Sequence record: SRR22947727_2089
Reading direction: 5' to 3' (one strand)
DNA length: 33,930 nt
Shown piece by piece: positions 1 through 8,488 of this stretch; within the stretch, counting starts at the first letter, position 1; every line of letters starts with the position of its first letter. The notes beneath the pieces were generated by a model that was not told the origin of the DNA, searched no databases, and was given only the letters and a program-made list of their open reading frames with translations. A program made the position numbers and the translations under genes.

Positions 1-51
1 AGCGAGAGATCGTGGATGGGTTGAAGTTGCTTTTACAAAGATTTTAATATT

Positions 52-75
52 TTAAGAGAGCTCAGGCTCTCTTAA
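52..75. terminator. Perfect 10-bp hairpin just downstream of the large gene's stop; likely terminator, possibly bidirectional
   Basis: TTAAGAGAGC-TCAG-GCTCTCTTAA with AT-rich flanks, ~30 nt past the stop at 107. Confidence 0.6.
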
Positions 76-106
76 TTTAAGTTTATGCTTAGGGCGCTGT
101 TATTTT

Positions 107-3100
107 TTATATGATCACACCCTCAAGTGGTAACACATCCTCAAGATAAGCGTCTAAAGAAAATTCAGTGTAAAAGAGTTCCTCTTGCGAGGGTTCATCT
201 TGCGAATTCCCTAACCACGAAACAAGCATTTTGCCATCATCACTGGCAAGCAAATTGGGGTTGGACAAGTTAGTTTCAGCATTTTCACTTACTAAAAATT
301 CATTCTTTTCAAAATCTAGCGCCAGTTTTTCTAGGCTCAATGTTAGATCTATTGTCGACGCCATAATTTGCGAGGTACCGTTATCGTTAGTTTTGTTCCA
401 AGTGATAAAAGCATTATCGCCAGCGATTTTTTCGACGGCAAAACTGGTCACAGCTTCACCTAGATTAGTGCCCAGAAGTGCTTGAGACCAGTCTCCAGTC
501 TGAGGATCTTTCGAGGAGATCATTAACTGGCTATGTTCACTAAGCTCTAGCCAGCTCGACTTATTTGATATTATCTCAAAATCTGACATATTGGGGTAAT
601 CTGACTTATCTAGATCGTCGATTGCGATATATGTGTCTGTCTGATTGGATGAACCAGAGTGAGAATGAAAAATCTCAACAGTTATATTATCCAAATAATT
701 AGGTTCATCTATCTTGGAGATCAAAAGCCCCCCTTGGATTGAGGTATCCTCAACCACGCTCAAGTCAGAAATATTCGAATTTTCCAACTCCTCTTGAATT
801 CGGGTTGTGATATCTTCGAGTGTTAAAGGAATTCCGTAGTTTTTCACTTCAACCAAAATATTTGTGTCTTCTAAGGTGATTTGCACCTCATCTCCCGCCA
901 TTGGTGTACCCGTTATAACTAACCCATCTTGAACAATTTCTATATCAAGTGGGTCCGACGCTACTTTAACTTTTTGACCTTTGACGAACTGGTTTGTGAC
1001 GCTTACAGTTGTTTTGGCAAAGAAATCTGCCTGGCTGTCTACAGTAACTGATACTTCACCTTGCGAAGTCAGACCGCTCTTTACGGTTAAACCATCGATC
1101 TGCATTGCGTCTAATCTGTTTTCAATTTGTTTTCCCAAAGTTTCAATATTTGAGGAATTCCCACCAAAAATCATCTCTCCAAATGATTCTTTATCCTCAA
1201 GAGTAAGCTCAAAATAACCAGAGGGTGAACCTGTCAATATGATTTCTGAAGGTCTTACCTCCACCTCAAGCGGCTCTTTTCTGAATGGTGAAGCACTCCT
1301 AGAAATGTGGGAAGTATCAATTAGCCATAGAACATATTCTCGCCCATCATCTGTTATTAATGTTTTAGGGCAGTAATTTAGACCGCCGAAGCCACTACTA
1401 ATGATAAAATCACCGCTCTTAAGCCATTTATATGTCTCGGTTACTTCTTTTAGTTCGCTAGCCACAAATTTAGTGGCAGTTTGAATTGAATCATTTCCCT
1501 CAGATTCTTCCTTGGTGTTGTCTTCAGTAGGAATACCAATTTTTAACTCGTAATCGCCATCATCAAAATTCGTTCCTTGAAACCCATTATAGGCTTCGAC
1601 TGAAACATAATATTCTCCAGGTTCAGAGATCTCTGCAATTATACTGGTTTGTTTTCCCGTATTGCTAGTCGCCAAAACTGCGTCCGCTTCGTCAAGAAAA
1701 TTTAAAGTATAGTAATAGGCGCTTGATGAATTTATCGTCGGATCAAAGCCAACAGAAACGATTCCAGGTTCTGAAATTTCAATCGAAAAAAAGTCCGAAT
1801 CTATTTCGGAAGAAAGGTTGCCGCTGATGGTGGTACTAGATGAAAAAATTGAATTAAGAGCAGCCGTGTCAATTTTATAAAGATAATTTCCCGAATATTT
1901 ATCGAATTCGATTTGCCCATATTTTCCGACATGATCATCGCTTGCCATTTGAAGAATGTCGGCCAAGGGAGTGACTTTTGTTTCAGTTCGGTTTCCAAAA
2001 TAAAATTTATCTTCAGAGTAAGTTTCTGGTTTTGCTAGATTAATTATTGAAGAATAAGGATTAGAATCAAGAAGTGTTGCTTCATAAAACCTTTCTTCGA
2101 GGTTACCATCAGAGCTCAATTTTCGACGTACCAATTGATCGTTAATTCCATCTACTGGAATATATTCAAAGCTAATCAGACTGCCATTTTCATCAAAAGC
2201 ATTTGAAATTGCGCTCTTGTGTTCCTCGAGTTCATAAAGAAGGCTATCGGTCCAATCCAAACTTAGAAGCTCTTTAGCTGCAATATCGATTTCGCTTTCA
2301 GAAATATTTAAAGCTTCTGAAAATAAATCCGAATATGAAACTCCTGGAATGGCGCTTTCTACAGGCAAACTCGTATCAGAAAAGATATTGTAGAGAGACA
2401 AATCGCTATATGGATTTGGGTCGATGAGGGGCAAGCTGCCTGAAAATGAAACGAGACCACTTGAAACCAGCTGACTGCCATCTGAATTTACGACTTTATA
2501 CTGCCCCTCCCTTTCAGGGTCTTTAGAAATTATAAAGTCGAGGCTTTTTTCTTCAATAATTTGGGGTCCCAATCTCCCGCCTGTGGCGGTAAACTGACCT
2601 CCAATAATTTCCGAAACTCCGCTACTTAATTCGGCTGTCCAAGCAGATAATACGTCCCCATTATCTTTAATTGCCATCGATGCATTATGCTCTGTTTTAG
2701 CAGAAATCTGATTTACTGAGAAAACCAAGGATGTTGGAGAAAGTTTGTTATCTGGTGTTATTTCAAAAAACTGAGCATCAATATCGATACCCTCTTCGTC
2801 TGCGATTGACGAATTCCACGAAACAAGAAATTTGTCATTTTCTAAATTTGTAATAGAAGGTTGAAAAACTGACTCTGCGTTTTCTCGGTGAATTACGTAC
2901 CTGCTTGACGCATCATAAAAAGCTGTTGGACCGGGAAATAATTCAACAACTAAACCCATAGCCCCATTATCTGAGCTAGAAAATGAAGAAACTGAAATCA
3001 GTTTGTTATCTAGAGTTTGGAAAACCTCAGTGTCAAAGTATTCAGATGCTGGATTTAGGTTTTCAGAACGAACAATAATCGGCGAAGCATCGTTCAAAGA

Positions 3101-4696
3101 AACTTCTTGACCCGCTCTAGTCAGGAATAGCTTAATATTAGACGCATCGTTAGACAAGCTAACTTCAATACCAGGTTTTGCGGCCTCAATTTTTTCTTTC
3201 AATTGATTAGCTACATTTTGTAAATCAGTTGGGCTCATATCTTCGCCGATACGGAAAGAAATCGTTGCCCCACCAAGCGTGAGTTGGATGATTTCATCCG
3301 GATTAGGCACGCCGGACAATATCAGTTTGTTTGTATCAATCTGCACTTCCAAGCTTGGATTAGTGGTAAAGCGTAATTCGGATTGGTTGGTGTTAAGTGA
3401 TTTAATGTAAATCGGTTTGGTCAAACCGTTCGTAAATTCTGCTTGGCCCAAACTGGTTTCTGGAATGGTTTTGCCCAGTTTTAAATCCAGTTTGGTTCCA
3501 AAATCAGCTTTGTCGAAGCTAATCTGATAATTACCTGAGCTTCTACCTTCCTCGATAGACGCAGAAACTTTTGCACTTAAATTAGATACTTTTGAGTATG
3601 TTTCTGAAGTTGCGGTTGATCTCAGTTCTGTTACGTTTTTAAGATCGTTGTTTAATGCTGCTAGTTCATCCAAAAGTGGATCTTGAGCTTGCTCAAATAA
3701 AAGAGCATCGAAACTTGTAGCATTATCAGATTCTGCTGTAACCTTGGCTGTGTTTGCGATGTTATTTAGCGTTGTTCTTGTAGATAAATCCACTGGCGAG
3801 GTTGAATTTTCTATTTCGGAAATCATGGCGCGAAGCGCAGTATTATATGCTGCATCCGGGGTTAAAGAGCTTGCTTCCAAGCTTCCGGCGATACTAGTTG
3901 TGACCGCCACTATTTGCTGGGCAAGGTTTTCAATCTTTACCGCGCTCTCTTCCATACCTGAAACAATCTCATCGGTTGAGAATGATTTGTACGGGTTAAA
4001 GTCTTCAATCTGAACTTGATCATTAATACCGAAAGCAACCTTGATTTCATCTGAGGTTAAGCCACCAACGTTCATTAGCGTTGTAAATGGCGATACCACC
4101 TTTGCATCTATTGGAGCGCTGAGAGTGACACCTGGTAATGGTTGTCCTGACGAAGCATCGGTGGTAGTTGAAAGCGTTTTTACAACTAAGGAATGTGTTT
4201 CTTTAAAATTGTCTAATGAAGAATTTTCAGCTGTATTGTCAAAGGCTATGCTTCCATCATCATTCCAAAAACCCTCGCCTAAAGTTAATTCACTGCCTTC
4301 TATTTCTACTTCAATAGAATAACTGCCGTCTTGCGCGGTGTAGGCAAAAGCTTCGTCTTCATCTCTAATGCCGTTTCCTATCAGAATGTGGTTGCCTTGT
4401 GCATCTAGTTCAATCAAACCAGTATCTGGGTTTATTTTTGTTTCAGTATGTTTGTCGAGAAACACAAACGCATTGCTTAAGGGGCCTTTCATAGCGGCCC
4501 CCGTCAAAGAAGCCATTGAATTTGTGATATCAATTTGGTTTGGTTCTAAGCCTAGGTCGCTTAAATCTGTTCTTGAAGTTGAATCAGAATTTATCCTGCC
4601 ACCACCCATGCATCCAGAAACAAGCATCAAAATTGATACGTGTAAAAATCTTACTTTTGCTTTCAGCTGCGTGCCTAGAGATGCTGTTTTCGTCAA
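107..4696 (-). CDS. Large acidic secreted/surface lipoprotein (adhesin-like mosaic: SdrD/Cna-B-like N-terminus, beta-propeller-like repeats, VCBS-like and PPC-like segments)
   Basis: 1529-aa ORF with TTG start. Lipobox-like ILMLVSG-C followed by MGGG; 'GPLSNAFVFLD...NGIRDEDE...TAQDGSYSI' and 'LSAP...VVSPFTTL' motifs typical of large surface proteins; PPC-like 'DSDFFSIEISEPG...PGEYYVSV...GDYELKI'; S/E/D-rich, AT-rich codons. Confidence 0.8.
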   Translation of the reverse strand: MTKTASLGTQLKAKVRFLHVSILMLVSGCMGGGRINSDSTSRTDLSDLGLEPNQIDITNSMASLTGAAMKGPLSNAFVFLDKHTETKINPDTGLIELDAQGNHILIGNGIRDEDEAFAYTAQDGSYSIEVEIEGSELTLGEGFWNDDGSIAFDNTAENSSLDNFKETHSLVVKTLSTTTDASSGQPLPGVTLSAPIDAKVVSPFTTLMNVGGLTSDEIKVAFGINDQVQIEDFNPYKSFSTDEIVSGMEESAVKIENLAQQIVAVTTSIAGSLEASSLTPDAAYNTALRAMISEIENSTSPVDLSTRTTLNNIANTAKVTAESDNATSFDALLFEQAQDPLLDELAALNNDLKNVTELRSTATSETYSKVSNLSAKVSASIEEGRSSGNYQISFDKADFGTKLDLKLGKTIPETSLGQAEFTNGLTKPIYIKSLNTNQSELRFTTNPSLEVQIDTNKLILSGVPNPDEIIQLTLGGATISFRIGEDMSPTDLQNVANQLKEKIEAAKPGIEVSLSNDASNIKLFLTRAGQEVSLNDASPIIVRSENLNPASEYFDTEVFQTLDNKLISVSSFSSSDNGAMGLVVELFPGPTAFYDASSRYVIHRENAESVFQPSITNLENDKFLVSWNSSIADEEGIDIDAQFFEITPDNKLSPTSLVFSVNQISAKTEHNASMAIKDNGDVLSAWTAELSSGVSEIIGGQFTATGGRLGPQIIEEKSLDFIISKDPEREGQYKVVNSDGSQLVSSGLVSFSGSLPLIDPNPYSDLSLYNIFSDTSLPVESAIPGVSYSDLFSEALNISESEIDIAAKELLSLDWTDSLLYELEEHKSAISNAFDENGSLISFEYIPVDGINDQLVRRKLSSDGNLEERFYEATLLDSNPYSSIINLAKPETYSEDKFYFGNRTETKVTPLADILQMASDDHVGKYGQIEFDKYSGNYLYKIDTAALNSIFSSSTTISGNLSSEIDSDFFSIEISEPGIVSVGFDPTINSSSAYYYTLNFLDEADAVLATSNTGKQTSIIAEISEPGEYYVSVEAYNGFQGTNFDDGDYELKIGIPTEDNTKEESEGNDSIQTATKFVASELKEVTETYKWLKSGDFIISSGFGGLNYCPKTLITDDGREYVLWLIDTSHISRSASPFRKEPLEVEVRPSEIILTGSPSGYFELTLEDKESFGEMIFGGNSSNIETLGKQIENRLDAMQIDGLTVKSGLTSQGEVSVTVDSQADFFAKTTVSVTNQFVKGQKVKVASDPLDIEIVQDGLVITGTPMAGDEVQITLEDTNILVEVKNYGIPLTLEDITTRIQEELENSNISDLSVVEDTSIQGGLLISKIDEPNYLDNITVEIFHSHSGSSNQTDTYIAIDDLDKSDYPNMSDFEIISNKSSWLELSEHSQLMISSKDPQTGDWSQALLGTNLGEAVTSFAVEKIAGDNAFITWNKTNDNGTSQIMASTIDLTLSLEKLALDFEKNEFLVSENAETNLSNPNLLASDDGKMLVSWLGNSQDEPSQEELFYTEFSLDAYLEDVLPLEGVII

Positions 4697-4993
4697 ATTT
4701 AAGTAATCCTCTGTCTACTACGAGTCATTAACGGTAAAACTTTTGAAAAGTTCATGTCTTTAATTTCTAATTTTTGAGCATTTTGTATGTCCTGATAGTC
4801 TCATAATTATCTTTTATAGAGAAATGTTCATTTTTAGGATTACCTCGATAAATTGACGGATTGCAGAACCGTGACGAGGCCGATTTGCAAGTCCATAAAA
4901 GGACTTTAGGGAACTCAAGGATTATAAAAAAGGCACTCACATATCTGACTTGAGGTCAAAATAACAACATAAAAACAATGTGGTACGATTTAC

Positions 4994-5016
4994 GTTTGTT
5001 CCGGCCGTGGGTGCCA
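4994..5016 (+). mobile_element. Degenerate tRNA 3'-end fragment (tRNA-Leu-like), putative att scar of an integrative element
   Basis: GTTTGTTCCGGCCGTGGGTGCCA resembles the T-arm/acceptor end GTTCGANTCCGGCC...GGGCACCA; no 5' half of a tRNA upstream; intergenic in an AT-rich region. Confidence 0.5.
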
Positions 5017-5171
5017 GATTTAGGCTGATTTAAGCAGTTTACTGATACATAACCTACTGATAACATTTTCATAAAGAGCACTGCCTTAGTATTGGGCAGG
5101 AGAGAGTGTCGACCAGATGACGGCATGCGAGAGCAGATGGAAAAGGTGTTGGCTTAACGGACCTATACCAG

Positions 5172-5256
5172 AGTGCCTTAGGGTGGCACGAGCAGACAGC
5201 TTAAGGGCGAATCACAAGCACGGTGTCAAAAAAAGAAGGGCTTAAAGAGGGCATCA
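5172..5256 (+). repeat. 85-bp direct repeat, copy 1 (upstream of the rraA-like gene)
   Basis: Aligns without gaps to 6051-6135, 63/85 identical by manual count; begins with the hairpin GTGCC-N7-GGCAC. Confidence 0.85.
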
Positions 5257-5348
5257 GAAAAGCTCTAAGCCTACTTAGCTAGACAACTTGAAGTTTTTAC
5301 TTAGGCTGAAATCCAGTCGTAATTGCTTTCAAAACATTGGATATATAA

Positions 5349-6044
5349 ATGATAGAAGAACCAAAACTGTTACGGATTTCAAAAAATCTGCCTAGACCGT
5401 CTGCCAAGCAAATAGAAGCGTTGAATATGGTTCCGACGGGCGTTGCAAACTATGCTATGTGGGGTAAAGGGGCTTTTACAAAAGCCATCAAATACTTTGA
5501 CCCTTCAAGCTCAACTACCCCGAGAATTATTGGTCCAGCTTTGACGGTAGATACTGGTCCCGGGGATATCCTTGCTCTTCTTGCGTCTTTAAAGATTATA
5601 GAAAAAGGAGACATAGTGGTGTCATCTTTTGGTGGCTATCAGGGTTGTGCGGCAGCAGGTGATCGTGTGGCTGGTATGCTAAAAAATTGCGGTGCAGCGG
5701 GGTTCGTTACCGATGGGCCAATGCGCGACTTAAATGGTCTGAAAAAGGTAGGGTTTCCTTCATGGTGTTCAGGGCTTACGCCTGCATCACCCGTTAGTAA
5801 AGGACCAGGTACGGTTGGGCTGAATATCAATATTTCTGGTGTAGAGGTTTGCTCAGGCGATGTGATTATCGCTGATCCTGACGGAATAATTGCCATTCCA
5901 CTCGCAGATCTCGATGAAATTACGATTAGATGTCATGAAATCTTAGAGTTGGAGACGGAGTTAGACCAAAAGGTTTCAAATGGCCTTAAAGTGCCGAATG
6001 AAATTGAACTCTTGCTGGAGAGCGAAAATGTTCAATATGTTTAA
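5349..6044 (+). CDS. RraA family / 4-hydroxy-4-methyl-2-oxoglutarate aldolase-like protein
   Basis: 231 aa; motifs GPALTV, GD, DGPMRD, GDVIIADPDG; GGA upstream of ATG. Confidence 0.85.
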   Translation: MIEEPKLLRISKNLPRPSAKQIEALNMVPTGVANYAMWGKGAFTKAIKYFDPSSSTTPRIIGPALTVDTGPGDILALLASLKIIEKGDIVVSSFGGYQGCAAAGDRVAGMLKNCGAAGFVTDGPMRDLNGLKKVGFPSWCSGLTPASPVSKGPGTVGLNINISGVEVCSGDVIIADPDGIIAIPLADLDEITIRCHEILELETELDQKVSNGLKVPNEIELLLESENVQYV

Positions 6045-6050
6045 GCCTTA

Positions 6051-6135
6051 AGTGCCCTAGCGTGGCACGAAGAGGTAGCTTAAGGGCTAAGCATAAGAAG
6101 GCTAAAGAAAAAGAAAATACTTAAAGAGGGTATCA
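6051..6135 (+). repeat. 85-bp direct repeat, copy 2 (starts 6 nt after the rraA-like stop codon)
   Basis: AGTGCCCTAGCGTGGCACGA...AGCTTAAGGGC...CTTAAAGAGGGTATCA matches 5172-5256. Confidence 0.85.
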
Positions 6136-6364
6136 CAGAGTGATCCTAAAGACATAGGAAAAATTCCCAAAGCTTTAGAAATAAAGACAGCCCTTAGAGC
6201 AGACGATAAAGAATAAATTTTAGTGTCATTTGGTCTAGGTTGAGAGGGGGCTGGGATCACCCATGCCTATATGAATTCAGTATTACGACGTGCATATAAA
6301 CTCATAAGAGTTCGCCCTTACAGCCTAATCCGTGATCCCGCTTTAGACGTAGGTATTTCCATAT

Positions 6365-7375
6365 TTAGCGGCTAAACCTGTTTTTTAAATTTTTCTCTTT
6401 CAGGCGATCTTTCAGGCGGGTTTGTGCCTCATCGCTTCCGTCGTGAAAAGTTCCAAACCAACGATCAAGCGGCAATATACCATCAGCATAATTGCATTCG
6501 AAATATTTGTGGTGGAGATAATGTGCGTAGCTATCTGGGTCAAAGCTTTCGCCCTTACCTAACTTAATACGATCAAAGCCAACATGGCCCGGCGCAGGGC
6601 TTAATCCGGCATGCACAAGTGTCACGATAATAAAGGCTGGGTGGAACGGAAAAAATAAATACAAAACAGCACATGAAAAATAAAAAATATGTTCAATCGG
6701 ATGCATTGCCAAACCTGACCAAGGCCCAGGGTTTATATTTTTATGGTGTATCCGATGGGCCAGCGAGTATAGCGGCTCAAAATGTATCAGGCGATGCACC
6801 AGATAGAAATGCAAATCCCGCCATAAGTGAATGAGCAAAAGCATCACGATAAAGTAAATCCAGTTTTCTTTCACCGAAAGAACTGACACGTAGCCATTCG
6901 CGGGGAACCACAGCAGACCAAGTTCAAAACCAGACCAGATTGTAACACCACTGAAAAATGTCAAAAAGATATTATCTAAGTTTTGATCATTGAACAAAAA
7001 CTGTTTTGATTTATCGGCCGGCCACCTGGGGTTGAATTTAAAGTCAGTGTCCTGAGAGCGCTGAGTGTAAAGGCGATAATGAAACGCCCCAAAATATAGC
7101 GCAACCAACGCACTGTTTTTTAAAAAAACGAGAAAAAATGTTTGAAATGATATTTTTGCATAAGCCTCTAACGGCGGGGATAGCAAAAACCAAGAAAGAA
7201 CACCCACGCATATGTAAAAAACATTCCAAGGCACTAAATACCCTGGCACCGCAAAAACCCATTTTAGCGCGGCGCGCGGCTGTAGCGGCCAAATAAAGAT
7301 CGGAGGATAACCTACACGCTTATGGGGCCTATAATGCCCTCGTTTATCGCGAGACCCATAATTAGACTCTGCCAT
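6365..7375 (-). CDS. Sterol desaturase / fatty acid hydroxylase superfamily membrane di-iron enzyme
   Basis: 336 aa with hydrophobic helices; His boxes HFYLVHRLIH, HRIHH, HYLHH; NPGPWSGLAMHP and YFECNY motifs. Confidence 0.88.
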   Translation of the reverse strand: MAESNYGSRDKRGHYRPHKRVGYPPIFIWPLQPRAALKWVFAVPGYLVPWNVFYICVGVLSWFLLSPPLEAYAKISFQTFFLVFLKNSALVALYFGAFHYRLYTQRSQDTDFKFNPRWPADKSKQFLFNDQNLDNIFLTFFSGVTIWSGFELGLLWFPANGYVSVLSVKENWIYFIVMLLLIHLWRDLHFYLVHRLIHFEPLYSLAHRIHHKNINPGPWSGLAMHPIEHIFYFSCAVLYLFFPFHPAFIIVTLVHAGLSPAPGHVGFDRIKLGKGESFDPDSYAHYLHHKYFECNYADGILPLDRWFGTFHDGSDEAQTRLKDRLKEKNLKNRFSR

Positions 7376-7831
7376 AGCGCACCGTATGTACCAACCTTTC
7401 GACTATCGTCGCGTTTTAGTGTACATTTCCGTTTTTACATGTCCAGCCCTGACGCAATTTCCCACGTTTCAATAAGGTTTTGAAACCGATAATCTGATGT
7501 CTCAATCGTACGGAAACGACTTCTTAGTCATGTTCAATTTAACAATGCGGAAACGTAAACCAGCCCTTCGTATCCAGTGAGGTCAGGTTTGCTATGCAGA
7601 TTATTTGAATTCTCCAAGCATTGTTTTTGCATCTTGATTTGTGAAGATTTGACGTCCATTCAGCTTTACTTGTGCCACCTCGGCAAAGGCTGATACACCA
7701 ACCGCAATAAAATATCTGGAGCATCAGCGAACCCCAAGTTTTTGATTAAGACTTGGTAGTCGCGCGGCCACCAATCACCGAGGCGTATGAAGATCCGGTT
7801 AGGGGGCTTTTGCCCTAAAAATGGCTTAACG

Positions 7832-7845
7832 TTGATCCCGATCAA
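7832..7845. promoter_or_regulatory. Perfect FNR/FnrL-type box
   Basis: TTGAT-CCCG-ATCAA matches TTGAT-N4-ATCAA; intergenic, ~455 bp upstream of the desaturase start; target unclear. Confidence 0.3.
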
Positions 7846-8246
7846 AGAAGACCAGCCTCCTAAGCGGCTGTAATCACCCTCTGCGTTGCCGCAAAAAGAC
7901 AGAAAATCACGCTGCGAAAAGACTATTGATTTAAGTGGGGGGGGCGTCCTATAACGGCCCGCGAGCCAGGCGTATGGTGCGCGTATAAGTGTGTCGGCAA
8001 CCACCCACCTTCATTAACGCCGTAATAAAACATTTTTATCCCATCCCTTTGTAGGGCTTCTCTTTGCACGCTTAGCCAATAAGTTTATCTGCAGGCTTGG
8101 TTCTGCCGGCCTCAATTATAGGCAAAAGAAAGGCGTCATGGATCAGGTGAAGATGCCTTATAGGGCAATACTATGCGCCACACAGTAAAGCCGCCCCTTC
8201 ATTTATTCCGAGCTTAGATGTTTTTTTGAGGAAGAGGTGAACATCA

Positions 8247-8265
8247 TGGTGCCTGAAGCCGACTT
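8247..8265 (-). mobile_element. Second degenerate tRNA 3'-end fragment (att-like scar)
   Basis: Minus strand reads AAGTCGGCTTCAGGCACCA, similar to tRNA-Leu ends ...AGTCCGGCN5GGCACCA; lies near the AT-rich to core transition. Confidence 0.4.
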
Positions 8266-8405
8266 TGTTAAAAATCAGGCAAAGGACTTTAGCAGGCAGA
8301 TCTGGGCGGTTTGCAATTGTAACCAGTAGCGAGCCTGAATCAGGATTTATGCGAAATTGTACAAACTGGGAGTCTCATTTATTACTTGGTGTGAAAAGAA
8401 ATTTA

Positions 8406-8422
8406 AAATTTACACGAGTTAA
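8406..8422. promoter_or_regulatory. Putative LacI-family operator (autoregulation)
   Basis: AAATTTACACGAGTTAA is a variant of the TTTACACGCGTAAA site at 9549. Confidence 0.5.
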
Positions 8423-8488
8423 GTAATAATATATCCGTGTGAAGTTATTGATTGAGGTTAAACTTTCGTGAATTGAGTGGAGTTCGCT

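Noticed and set aside
4994-5016. Intact tRNA gene
   Set aside because: Only a degenerate 3' end is present; no D-arm or anticodon arm can be folded upstream. The same holds for 8247-8265
5172-6135. CRISPR array or integron attC interpretation of the repeats
   Set aside because: Only two copies 879 bp apart, no spacers or cas genes, no RYYYAAC/GTTRRRY ends, no full-length hairpin and no intI in the window
7529-8004. ORFs 7539-7724 and 7666-8004, and a possible decayed LacI start (MRKRKPALRI at ~7545)
   Set aside because: No recognisable domain or RBS; the LacI resemblance needs several frameshifts and does not continue
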